This document shows positions 13,301 through 25,300 of a DNA stretch of 64,000 nt, one piece after another. Origin of the DNA: Botryllus schlosseri. Taxonomy: Eukaryota. Location of the stretch: positions 5,706,001 to 5,770,000 of the forward strand of contig CM119372.1 in assembly GCA_051294905.1 (NCBI GenBank), written 5' to 3'. The notes below the pieces were generated by a model. The model had not been told where the DNA came from. It saw only the letters and a list, made by a program, of their open reading frames with translations, and ran no database searches. Made by a program: the position numbers and the translations under genes. Within the stretch, counting starts at the first letter, position 1, and each line of letters starts with the position of its first letter.

Positions 13301-16300
13301 ACTTCTTGGAGTCACACGTTGTATGGCCTAAAACTTTATATGTCTTGGTGCGTTGTGGTGCGGTCATGGCCAACGCTGATATGCCCATTTCTATAAATCT
13401 TGCGTATTTTTTCTTGGGGAAGAGTGCCCAATAATCAAAATATGTGGCGAATTGAAATCGCGCATAGCGCGAAAACTGTTTGAAAAAATTGCATAAATTT
13501 TCCAAAAATACTCTATAATTTATGCTAATTCACGAAATAATTTTGGGCCATTTCCGAGCTCGGCCCCCTCAATTGGGGGTTTGGGGTGAGGCAGTTACGG
13601 CCCTGACTATATAGGACTGCCAATTATGCTGCTTTTAGCCGGCTAAGCATGAATCTCGGCGTATTCATCCGTGAGTCACGGGTTGCATATCATCTAGTCA
13701 TCATATACGTCCTCTTTTAAGATGATTTGTCTTCTTTCTTTGATTTTTTTTTTAATGTGTCTTCGGAGGACGCCCAAATGTCTTCTTTTTTGAGGATTTT
13801 CGTCACATATAGGGCCCAATTCGACTGATATACAGCACTGTAGGAACGCTACGGTGGCTATTTCGGGAGATGGACCGGAAAGTTGACCTTTTTTTCAGTC
13901 AACCACCTGTTAGTGTGAAAGAAAAACTGTATTTTCCGGGAGTTGAGCCTTTTTTTTCTCTTTTAGTCAAGTGGGAAAAAATTACCCTGGAAAGTTAGGG
14001 TACATTGCATCGAAACAGCAGTGACGTAACGTTAGCAGTCTATACTCACAAATTTCCTGCAATTCTGTAATCAAAAACCACAGAGGCAAAGCCAAACAAG
14101 AGTATTTTATAAATATAAATTTTATTTTTGTCATAAATCGATTTCTTAATATATTGTGGGGGCCGCAAGAAGGCTATATGGGGGCCGCATGCGGCCCTCG
14201 GGGCCGCACTTGGGAATCACTGCTCTAGAGTATTACGCCATTGAAACAGCCAGCCGCAAGAGGTATCATCGGGCTAAGGTCTGTTTCGCAATATTTAGTT
14301 TTTTTCGGTAAATTTGTTTTTATGACTTCGGGTGAACTCTGATTGCGGTCTCGAAAATGTTGCTACTTGAAAAGATAGTGATCTTTCATCTCAGCAAAAC
14401 ATCAGTGATTGCTTTAGTGTTAATCGTCTCATAATAATCTGGGAAATTCTGACCTGATGCCGGCCAATCACGGCTGAGTGGGCACGACTTTCAATAGTGA
14501 TAACAAAGTGCCTACCCAATGTCCACGACCGTTGGCTAGCTTTCTTGCAACAATAATTTAGTCATTGAAAACAAATCATAAAACAGATGTGAACAAAATT
14601 TGAATGTATTGCCAAAAACTATGAATCAATTATTAAATGATCAGAAAATGACAACATCACGATTACAACTGTATTCGTCGCCTCGCGCCATCCATATTCG
14701 TAACAACTCGATCGATCTTGTCCTCGCTCATCCTTTCGCGATGGCAATGAATCACACATAAATCTGAGAGGCTATCGGAAGTCATTGCTGAGCGTCGCCA
14801 GGTCTTGACCCGCTTGATGTAGGAGAATGACCTTTCAGCCTCCACCGTTGTTGCTTGCAAGGCAAGGATGACCTGGATCGTACTGTGCACGCTTGGATAA
14901 TCCTTAGCATTCAGAAGAAGGTCCAGCAAACTTTTCTGGTTTACTCGGGAAGTCAAAAACGATCTCCGGAGAATTACTTCGTTACCAAGGTTATCCAAAG
15001 AATGCAAACGCTCAATCTCATCTAACTTGACTGGCTTGTTTGAAGGAAGGATGGATAGCAACACAAGTAATGAGGGGTTGTCCCTGAAACGTTCCCGGAG
15101 AGAGTTAGTCAATCCGTCGATGTATGGGACATATACCGAACGCCGGAAATATTGCAAAGCCGATTCAGCACAGACGTTAGCACAGTACACTTGTACCTCA
15201 ACTATTCTAGGCATGCTCAGCTCTTCTACTCCGAGTACTTCACAGGTTTCTTTGTATATCTGCAGCGAAGCTTCCGGGTCGTTGCGGCCATGCTCAAGAA
15301 TTCTCTGTAGAGAATTAAACAAGCTCTTCACGCATGACATGCTGATACCAATAGTTTGAAGCTTGCGTGCTAGTGGTTCCAGGGTTGTAATGACTCGAGT
15401 CATGACTCGACTCGAGTCAGACTCGAGTCACGATTTTCGGATGACTCGACTCGACTCGAGTCATTTTCTCAAAATACGGAAATGACTCGACTCGACTCGA
15501 CTCGAGTCAATCTGTGTATTGACTCGACTTGGACTCGAGTCATTGCGCATGACTCGAAGCAAGTCATTGACTCGAGATTCAGACGGCGAAGACCGAAATT
15601 TCATTGAAATTTCGATGCCAACACGCTATTGGGATTTCGTTTGTTGGTACTGGTGCTTGAAAATGCGACCAGAAACTGCTAAAAGTGAGGGAAATTGATA
15701 TATTATAAATGCGAACCATTCAATATCACCAAATAGAGTTAAAAAGTGGATTTAGGAAGACTTTAACTGGAAACTGAGCAGTCAACACAATGACTTGGAC
15801 TCGGACTCGAGTCATAATACCATGACTCGGACTCGATCCTCTGTTCGCTGACTTGGACTCGGACTTGACTCGGTGGGAATTGAAAATGACTCGACTTGAC
15901 TCGAGTCAAAAATATAAAAGTGAGATTGACTTGTGACTCGGAGCCTTGTAACTTGGTTACAACCCTGAGTGGTTCTATAAGAGCTGAAAATATTTCAATC
16001 AAGTTAACAGCATAAGCGACCTCAGATTTTTCTAAAGCAGTTTTTAAAGAGGAAGCCTTTCCCCTTGTCTCACTGCTTGTTTCACTCGACAAAGAACCAA
16101 GAGCATCCAGCACACGCCGAAAATTAGAATTGAAGGTGCGGATGCTCTTATATTTCTCGAACCACCTGGTCGGGCAGAATAACGGGATGTTAATACCCAA
16201 AATGCAGCGCCTTTTGGGACTATATCTGAAAAAACGGATAGTTTCCCTGATGAAGCCACAGGTGTTTCTGATTACAGGAACTGTACTTTGGTCGTTAATG

Positions 16301-19300
16301 ACTAAGTTCAAACAATGAGAGGCACAGTGTACAAAGATTGCCCGAGGGTGGCGTATCGTGAATAATCCGAAAATGCACAAAACACATTGATTTAGTCGAC
16401 ACCGTTTACTTGATGACTTGAATTTGACTCGTAAGTTTTGTTCCGAGTAACGAGTCAATCCACATTTTTGAAGCGCCGAGTCAAGTCAAGTCAAGTCAAG
16501 TCATACGAAAAAGTTGAATCGAGTCTGACTCGAGTCAAGTCATGTCTCGAGTCATCCCAACACTGCATCAAGCCACACTTTAAGAAACTTGCGGCGATCT
16601 TGCCACGTAGTATCAAGAAGTGGCACGTTTCTCAAAGCATCCGAAGTCAGAAGTCTATATCTCTCTGCATCGCGAAGCTGCGAATGGTGGTCAAGAATAT
16701 ATCCAATATCGTTTGTTTTTCCCACCTCATATGATTTTTGGGGCTCTTGTGTATCGCCAATTATATCTGATGCTTCTACTAGCGAAGGAACACAACTTAC
16801 TATTCCTTCTGTTGGCTGCGCATCTCGACTCCTCGCGGGGAAAAAGCTGTCCAGTCTTGCTTGTTTCGATTTTGACATTGAAACGTAATGCGGAATCCAA
16901 ATCAATTACAATCCTCAAGGCCTCTCTACACGGCAACGAATACTTCACACCTCCTATCTACACGGCAAGCAATTTGCTTCGTGATCTATTGTAAACAAAA
17001 TACCTCGCCACAACAAACCCAGCATTTAAACTGCCCATCAGACAAATGTACTAATATGTGATAACCATCCACTTCAATATGACCTATAGTCATTACGTAG
17101 CATTGCTGTGTGTAGCTCATTGTACAATGTGTGTCTTGAGTGGGTTAAAATAATAGAACCACAAATCATACCGACTATACCCAACAAAGATCCCATCTCT
17201 GAGAGTCTGCGGTCGCGCTCAGCGAACCATAAACATACATAATTAATTAAACTAATGGCATCGCTGTAAAGGTGCGGTGGCATGTGGCCTGTAGAGAGGC
17301 CTTTAATATCGCACCTCGCATTGGTATAGTTATATCAGTAATTACAAATCTGCCTCAGAAAATCTACTTTATATTACTTTATGGAAAATTTGGGAGGGGT
17401 GGGGTGGGGCGATCGCCCCGTTCGCCATTTTCTGGCTACGCCAGTGGTTCTACTGCGACACCAAGAGGTATATGTTCCACTGTGACCACGTTATAATTTT
17501 ATTCGTATTTGTTAGTTACCTGATGGGTCTTTTGCAAAATGTTTTGCAACACCCCATAGTCTACATATATTAGGGTTACCATACGTCCTATTTTAAAAGG
17601 ATTTGTCATCTTTTAAGAGGATTTGTCCTCTTTTTTGACTTTTTTGAAAGTGTCCTCGGAGGACTCCCTTTTGTCCTCTCTTTTAAGAATTTAGGTCAAA
17701 TTTATAGCAAAATGCGACTGATATTCCCTAAATCAGCTTTTTTTCATTATTTTTTTTTAGTGAACCATCTAGCAATGTGGTGAGAAAAACGGTATTTTGG
17801 GCTCTGAGCGGAATATTGACCTTTTTTTGTCAACCGATCACAAAGTGGGAAAAATTCACCGATTTCTTAGGAGAATTCTTCTCCGTTTTTGTAAGTCTCA
17901 AATTTCTGAAAAAGTGCCCTCTTTTTAGATTTCCAAAATTTGGTAACCCTAACATATATATGCCACTATTTAGTGAGGGGTCCCCAATGTCCATCAAATA
18001 AGTGGCGGATATTTTTACTATTCTCACTGATCAGCCATAGATAGTTCTGACTCTGAGGCTGCTACTAAAAAATCGAATACTTATGACTCTTCCTCAACAT
18101 TCTGTAGTTCTGCCGCATCCACTACACCAAGAGGTATGTTCCACTGCTACTACGCTATACTTTTATTCATAATTGCTAATTACATGTTTAGTTCACCGAT
18201 AGGTCTTTAACGAAATGTTTTACAACACCTCATAAATATATACGTCACTATTTGGTGAGGGGTCTCCATCCAATAAATGGCAGAATTTATTACTATTCTC
18301 ACTTTCAGCCACACACAGTCCCGTGACTGCCACAAAAACATCGGATACTTATGATCCTTCCACAACATTTCTTAGTTCTGCCGCTTCTACGGTGACACCT
18401 ACAGGTATGTTCCACTGAGGGTACACTAATAATTTTTTAATAATTGTTAATTACCTGTCTAGTTCACCATTTCATCTTTTACTAAATGCGTTGTCCCATA
18501 CGATAGGTCTTTAACGAAATGATTTACAACACCCCATAAATATATACGCCACTATTTTGTGAGGGGTCTCTATCCAATAAGTGGCGGAAATTATTACTAT
18601 TCTTACTTTTCAGCCACAGATAGGTCTGACTCTGAGGCTGCTTCTAAAACGTCGAATACTTTTGATTCTTCCTCGACGTTGCGTAGTTCTGCCACTTCCA
18701 CTACATCAAGAGGTATGTTCCTGTTCCTGTCTAGTTCACCATTTCATCTTTTACGAAATGCGTTGTCCCATACATATATAGCCTACGCCACTCTTTGGTG
18801 AGGGACGTCCTTTCCATAAGTTGCGGAAATTATTACTATCCTCACTTTCAGCCGCAGATAGTTCTGAGACTGCCACAAAAACATCGGATACTTATGATCC
18901 TTCCACAACATTCCTTAGTTCTGCCGCTTCTACGGTGACACCCACAGGTATGTTCCACTGAGGGTACACTAATATTTTTTTAATAATTGTTAATTACCTG
19001 TCTAGTTCACCATTGCATCTTTTACGAAATGCGTTGTCAGATACATATATAGCCTACGCCAGTCTTTGGTGAGGGACGTCCTTTCCATACGTTGCGGAAA
19101 TTATTACTATTCTCACTTTCAGCCACAGACAGTGCCGTGACTGCCACAAAAACATCGAATACTTATGATCCTTCCACAACATTCCTTAGTTCTGCCGCTT
19201 CTACGGTGACACCCACAGGTATGTTCCACTGAGGGTACACTAATATTTTGTTAATAATTGTTAATTACCTGTCTAGTTCACCATTGCATCTTTTACGAAA

Positions 19301-22300
19301 TACGTTGTCCCATACATATATAGCCTACGCCACTCTTTGGTGAGGGACGTATTTTCCATAAGTTGCGGAAATTATTACTATCCTCACTTTCAGCCGCAGA
19401 TAGTTCTAAGACTGACACAAAAACATCGAATACTTATGATCCTTCCACAGCATTCCGTAGTTCTGCCGCTTCTACTGAGACACCCACAGGTATGTTTTAC
19501 TGCGACTACGCTATAATTTTATTCATAAATGCTAATTACATGTCTAGTTCACCGATAGGTCTTTAACGAAATGATTTACAACACCTCATAAATATATACG
19601 CCACTATTAGGTGAGGGGTCTCCATCCAATAAATGGCGGAATTTATTACTATTCTCACTTTCAGCCACAGACAGCCCCGTGACTGTCACAAAAACATCGG
19701 ATACTTATGATCCTTCCACAGCATTCCGTAGTTTTGCCGCTTCTACTGCGACACCAACAGGTATATGTCCCACTGTGACCCACGTTATAATTTTATTCGT
19801 AATTGTTTGTTACCTGATGTATAGTTCACCGATGGGTCTTTTGCGAAATGTTTTGCAACACCCCATAATGTACACATATATATGTCACTATTTAGTGAGG
19901 GGTCCCCAATGTCCATCAAATAAGTGGCGGAAATTATTACTATTCTCACTTTTCAGCCATAGATAGTTCTGACTCTGAGGCTGCTACTAAAACATCGAAT
20001 ACTTATGATTCTTCCTCAACATTCCGTAGTTCTGCTGCTTCCACTACACCAAGATGTATGTTCCACTGCTACTACGCTATACTTTTATTCATAATTGCTA
20101 ATTACATGTCTAGTTCACCGATAGGTCTTTAACGAAATGATTTACAACACCTCATAAATATATACGCCACTATTAGGTGAGGGGTCTCCATCCAATAAAT
20201 TGCGGAATTTATTACTATTCTCACTTTCAGCCACAGACAGTCCCGTGACTGTCACAAAAACATCGGATACTTATGATCCTTCCACAGCATTCCGTAGTTT
20301 TGCCGCTTCTACTGCGACACCAACAGGTATATGTCCCACTGTGACCCACGTTATAGCTTTATTCGTAATTGTTTGTTACCTGATGTATAGTTCACCGATG
20401 GGTCTTTTGCGAAATGTTTTGCAACACCCCATAATCTACACATATATATGTCACTATTTAGTGAGGGGTCCCCAATGTCCATCAAATAAGTGGCGGAAAT
20501 TATTACTATTCTCACTTTTCAGCCATAGATAGTTCTGACTCTGAGGTTGCTACTAAAACATCGAATACTTATGATTCTTCCGCAACATTCCGTAGTTCTG
20601 CTGCTTCCACTACACCAAGATGTATGTTCCACTGCTACTACGCTATACTTTTATTCATAATTGCTAATTACATGTCTAGTTCACCGATAGGTCTTTAATG
20701 AAATGTTTTACAACACCCCAAAAATGTATACGCCACTATTTGGTGAGGGGACTCCATCCATAAATGACGGAAATTATTACTATTCTCACTTTCAGCCACA
20801 GACAGTCCCGTGACTGCCACAAAAACATCGGATACTTATGATCCTTCCACAACATTCCTTAGTTCTGCCGCTTCTACGGTGACACCCACAGGTATGTTCC
20901 ACTGAGGGTACACTAATATTTTTTTAATAATTGTTAATTACCTGTCTAGTTCACCATTGCATCTTTTACGAAATGCGTTGTCAGATACATATATAGCCTA
21001 CGCCAGTCTTTGGTGAGGGACGTCCTTTCCATACGTTGCGGAAATTATTACTATTCTCACTTTCAGCCACAGACAGTGCCGTGACTGCCACAAAAACATC
21101 GAATACTTATGATCCTTCCACAACATTCCTTAGTTCTGCCGCTTCTACGGTGACACCTACAGGTATGTTCCACTGAGGGTACACTAATATTTTGTTAATA
21201 ATTGTTAATTACCTGTCTAGTTCACCATTGCATCTTTTACGAAATGCGTTGTCCCATACATATATAGCCTACGCCACTCTTTGGTGAGGGACGTCCTTTC
21301 CATAAGTTGCGGAAATTATTACTATCCTCACTTTCAGCCGCAGATAGTTCTAAGACTGACACAAAAACATCGAATACTTATGATCCTTCCACAGCATTCC
21401 GTAGTTCTGCCGCTTCTACTGAGACACCCACAGGTATGTTTTACTGCGACTACGCTATAATTTTATTCATAAATGCTAATTACATGTCTAGTTCACCGAT
21501 AGGTCTTTAACGAAATGATTTACAACACCTCATAAATATATACGCCACTATTAGGTGAGGGGTCTCCATCCAATAAATGGCGGAATTTATTACTATTCTC
21601 ACTTTCAGCCACAGACAGCCCCGTGACTGTCACAAAAACATCGGATACTTATGATCCTTCCACAGCATTCCGTAGTTTTGCCGCTTCTACTGCGACACCA
21701 ACAGGTATATGTCCCACTGTGACCCACGTTATAATTTTATTCGTAATTGTTTGTTACCTGATGTATAGTTCACCGATGGGTCTTTTGCGAAATGTTTTGC
21801 AACACCCCATAATCTACACATATATATGTCACTATTTAGTGAGGGGTCCCCAATGTCCATCAAATAAGTGGCGGAAATTATTACTATTCTCCCTTTTCAG
21901 CCATAGATAGTTCTGACTCTGAGGCTGCTACTAAAACATCGAATACTTATGATTCTTCCTCAACATTCCGTAGTTCTGCTGCTTCCACTACACCAAGATG
22001 TATGTTCCACTGCTACTACGCTATACTTTTATTTATAATTGCTAATTACATGTCTAGTTCACCGATAGGTCTTTAATGAAATGTTTTACAACACCCCAAA
22101 AATGTATACGCCACTATTTGGTGAGGGGACTCCATCCATAAATGACGGAAATTATTACTATTCTCACTTTCAGCCACAGACAGTCCCGTGACTGCCACAA
22201 AAACATCGGATACTTATGATCCTTCCACAACATTCCTTAGTTCTGCCGCTTCTACGGTGACACCCACAGGTATGTTCCACTGAGAGCACACAAAGATTTT

Positions 22301-25300
22301 TTTAATAATTGTTAATTACCTGTCTAGTTCACCATTTCATCTTTTACTAAATGCGTTGTCCCATACGATAGGTCTTTAACGAAATGATTTACAACACCCC
22401 ATAAATATATACGCCACTATTTTGTGAGGGGTCTCTATCCAATAAGTGGCGGAAATTATTACTATTCTTACTTTTCAGCCACAGATAGGTCTGACTCTGA
22501 GGCTGCTTCTAAAACGTCGAATACTTTTGATTCTTCCTCGACGTTCCGTAGTTCTGCCACTTCCACTACATCAAGAGGTATGTTCCACTGTTACTACCCT
22601 ATACCCCAGGGGCGGGCAACTTCTCTAGTCGGCGGGCCGTATATAGGAAAATTAGGTACTTGGCGGGCCTGATTGCTGAATCGATACATTATTCGCCCAT
22701 TTATCCACATATACAAGGAATACATCGTAATGAATGAATATTGCAGCATGCAACACGTTCACACCGCAAACCCATTCCACTCGAAGCCCCTCGACCGGCC
22801 CTCCCCAGGAGCAACCGCTGGCAAATGAGGCCAGCAAGCTCGAAACACATAAATAACTTTTTCATTGTGACGTAATCATGACAAGTACACAGAGTCGCGA
22901 ACGGGAGTAAACAACGCACGGTTACGGTACAACGTACACAAAATCTGCTGTGAAACAGCCGAACGACAAAACAACACTAATAGATGATTCCCAGCGTGCA
23001 GAGACGTTCCTTCTGGCGACAGAAGATCAGCTTTTGCAGCTTTATGATAGTTTATTCAAGGACGTTTAAATGAATAACGAGAACGACCAGTAGCTATGGA
23101 AAACTGATTGGTATTGTAATTTTGCACCCTCTGGGTATTTCAAGAGGTGATGTCCGATGACAGAATTACATGCTGTTACTTGGCCATAATCACGCATGGT
23201 AACTAGGGACTGTGGTGATGGAGAAGTCATGTCATCACCCTGCGAATTCCTAATTTGAGGAGGGACGTGTTGACGAATTCTTTGTTGCAAGCGCTGAGAT
23301 GTGCGACCCACGTACCGACTGTCGCATCGGCACGTGTATTGGTAAATTATGTTACTGTGATCAATCGCAAGTAGTACATCCTTACGCGTTGCTGGTAGTA
23401 AAGATTTAGTAGTAAATATGACACGGGGTTCCACTAGTGGAAAAAATGACTCACGGAGGACTTGATCTGTTTCTCAAACCTGTTACAAGCTGTGCCTATA
23501 CACGCGAGATGCAGATAAACTGGGCACCTTCTCGGTCCAAACGTCAAAACGACAAAATTCCTTCCCACTTCGAACCTGGTCAACCTCACCCACTAGCGGC
23601 CACTCCAGAAGAGGGCCAGTCGAAAAGCCTCGAGCGGAACAAATCTGCAACATGAACGCATTGTTTGCTGCAATATTGAAGTGCGGCACTCCTCCGAAAA
23701 GCCTATTGAAATAATGAATGTATTTTAACGACAGCAATGACACTTCAGAGCCATTTCTCGCCGATAGTGACGAAGACAATGTGGATTTGAGAATAGCATT
23801 GTCATACAGGCGCCGCCATGTCCGCTTTTATCTGATCAATCAACACACGGTGCAATCCTCAATAAAGATTTCAAGGCGTTCGTTAAGCCCGGTACCCCTA
23901 ATTTACCAAGATACCAATTCATTAGGGTAGAGTAGGTGATAAGATAGCGTCGTTGTTTAACTGTGTGGCCATCTCGATATTTGATTCATGCGGCCCGCGT
24001 CCTCTACGAAATTTGAAAAGTGGCCTGCGACCCGTTTTGAGTTGGCGACCCCTGGCATTAGCGGTGTCTTACGAAGGCCTAGAAGTGTGTCGTGCTACAA
24101 GTCGGTGGTTACGGAACCAAAAATAAGAAATACCAGCCTGGTGTAAAAGACCATTGTGGTCGACAAACACCATGATTACCACAAACGACATTAGGGTCGA
24201 GTACATCGTAAATGCCGAAAACGCAAGTCTTCTCGCTTTGACGAACTTACGCGTACATGCTCCACTTTCGCACGTTGCGCGCACACGTATATAATAACAT
24301 ACAGTCACTGACATTTGACGTAGTAAGCAAGTAATGAGGAATATCGGCAGACTGGGTCCGCGGGCCACATTATCATGTAAAACGGAAAACTGTCCGCGGG
24401 CCGGACAAAATCCCTTCGCGGGCCGTATGTTGCCCACCCCTGCTATACCCTTATTCATAATTGCTAATTAGCCTACTTGGGATGGTGCGAAGGGCGAACC
24501 TCTGAAAGGCTCTGGTTCTATAGTTAGGCAATTTAACGGCCATTTTGACCAGCTTGCCGAGCGCTGAATTTGATAAAACGTGTATCAATGGAAAACCGCT
24601 GCTGTACTTATTACGAAAATATAAATTCGATTCCGCTCATCGAACTAGAACCAGAGTGGGGTCAATTACAATAATTCAGTTACATTACAATTACAATTAC
24701 AAATACTGCCTTGTAAGTTCTCAATTACATTACAATTACAATTACTCAATGATAAAAATATCAAATTACTATTACAATTACTGTTGAGCATGTAATTGAG
24801 TCGGTAAAGAGGTGTTCTTTGACAGCCGCAGCGACGTAATAAGCAACAATCTCAAGCTATTCATGTTTCACTCATGATACTTAGGATACCCTTCAATTAA
24901 AAATACTCGAACGTATTCGAACTATTCCAAATCATGAGTACTGAACGCTGCAAACACAGAAAAATTTTTCAAGCGACTGTTAACAACCAAAAGTCTGAGC
25001 GACTAACAGCGGTTAGGTTACAGGACTGTAAATGAAATGTAATCAAACGATAACGCTACTCAGAGCTGAGTGAGGATATAATGAAATGTAATTGGTAATG
25101 GGTCAGCGATAAGAATGATACCGATGAGATGTGTAAAATTAAAATAAATGCAAAAGGAAAGAACCTCCTGATAACTACGAATTACAACATTTTGGTTCGC
25201 ATTTACATTTTCACTTGTTCGGAAACTGTTAGTTTGCATTTGATGAACATCACGGTGCGAAAATTTCCGGCCCCAGTAAATTCGGTCAAGATTGGAGGTA

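Larger units (their letters stand above)
14663..16878 (-). pseudogene. hAT transposase pseudogene (ZMYM1-like type)
   Basis: Motifs FVHCASHCLNL, CPTRW and ATTVEAERSFS..KRVKTWRRSAM..LSDLCVIHCH (hAT C-terminal dimerisation domain). Split by the MITE at 15380-15967; the middle is deleted at 16356-16565. Confidence 0.9.
12015..17446 (-). mobile_element. 5.4-kb decayed hAT transposon inserted inside a mucin exon
   Basis: Imperfect TIR CAAGGGCTTGGCCAGAAAA/TTTTCTGGCTACGCCAGTG, TSD CTTCTACT/GTTCTACT; the exon resumes at 17447. Confidence 0.88.
8325..22606 (+). repeat. Tandem array of ~270-300 bp intron+exon units, each with a 96/99-nt mucin-like exon (ATDSxxTATKTSxTYDPSTTFxSSAASTxTPT)
   Basis: Each unit has ttctcactttcag|CC...ACAG|gtatgt. 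Intact exons: 8354-8449, 9036-9131, 9674-9769, 9941-10036, 11116-11211, 11387-11485, 18035-18133, 18309-18404, 18614-18712, 18852-18947, 19123-19218, 19394-19489, 19665-19760, 19957-20055, 20231-20326, 20523-20621, 20796-20891, 21067-21162, 21338-21433, 21609-21704, 21901-21999, 22174-22269, 22479-22577. Damaged: 9440-9498, 11660-11757, 11933-12014/17447-17467. Confidence 0.92.

Noticed and set aside
18035..22606. CRISPR-like regularly spaced repeats
   Set aside because: Whole ~270-300 bp units repeat with no unique spacers; they carry splice sites and coding exons; no cas genes; eukaryotic context.
19363..22672. Repeated plus-strand ORFs with hydrophobic tails that look like small membrane proteins
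   Set aside because: They are mucin exons read through into introns past GT donors.
22998..23040. Third hammerhead on the minus strand after the GIY-YIG fragment
   Set aside because: A hairpin cttctg-tcgc-cagaag is present, but the core boxes are broken (CTGAT lacks GA; GAAC instead of GAAA).
23718..23930. Acidic ORF resembling a piggyBac N-terminus
   Set aside because: Only low-complexity DSD/E similarity; no TTAA-bounded TIRs identified.
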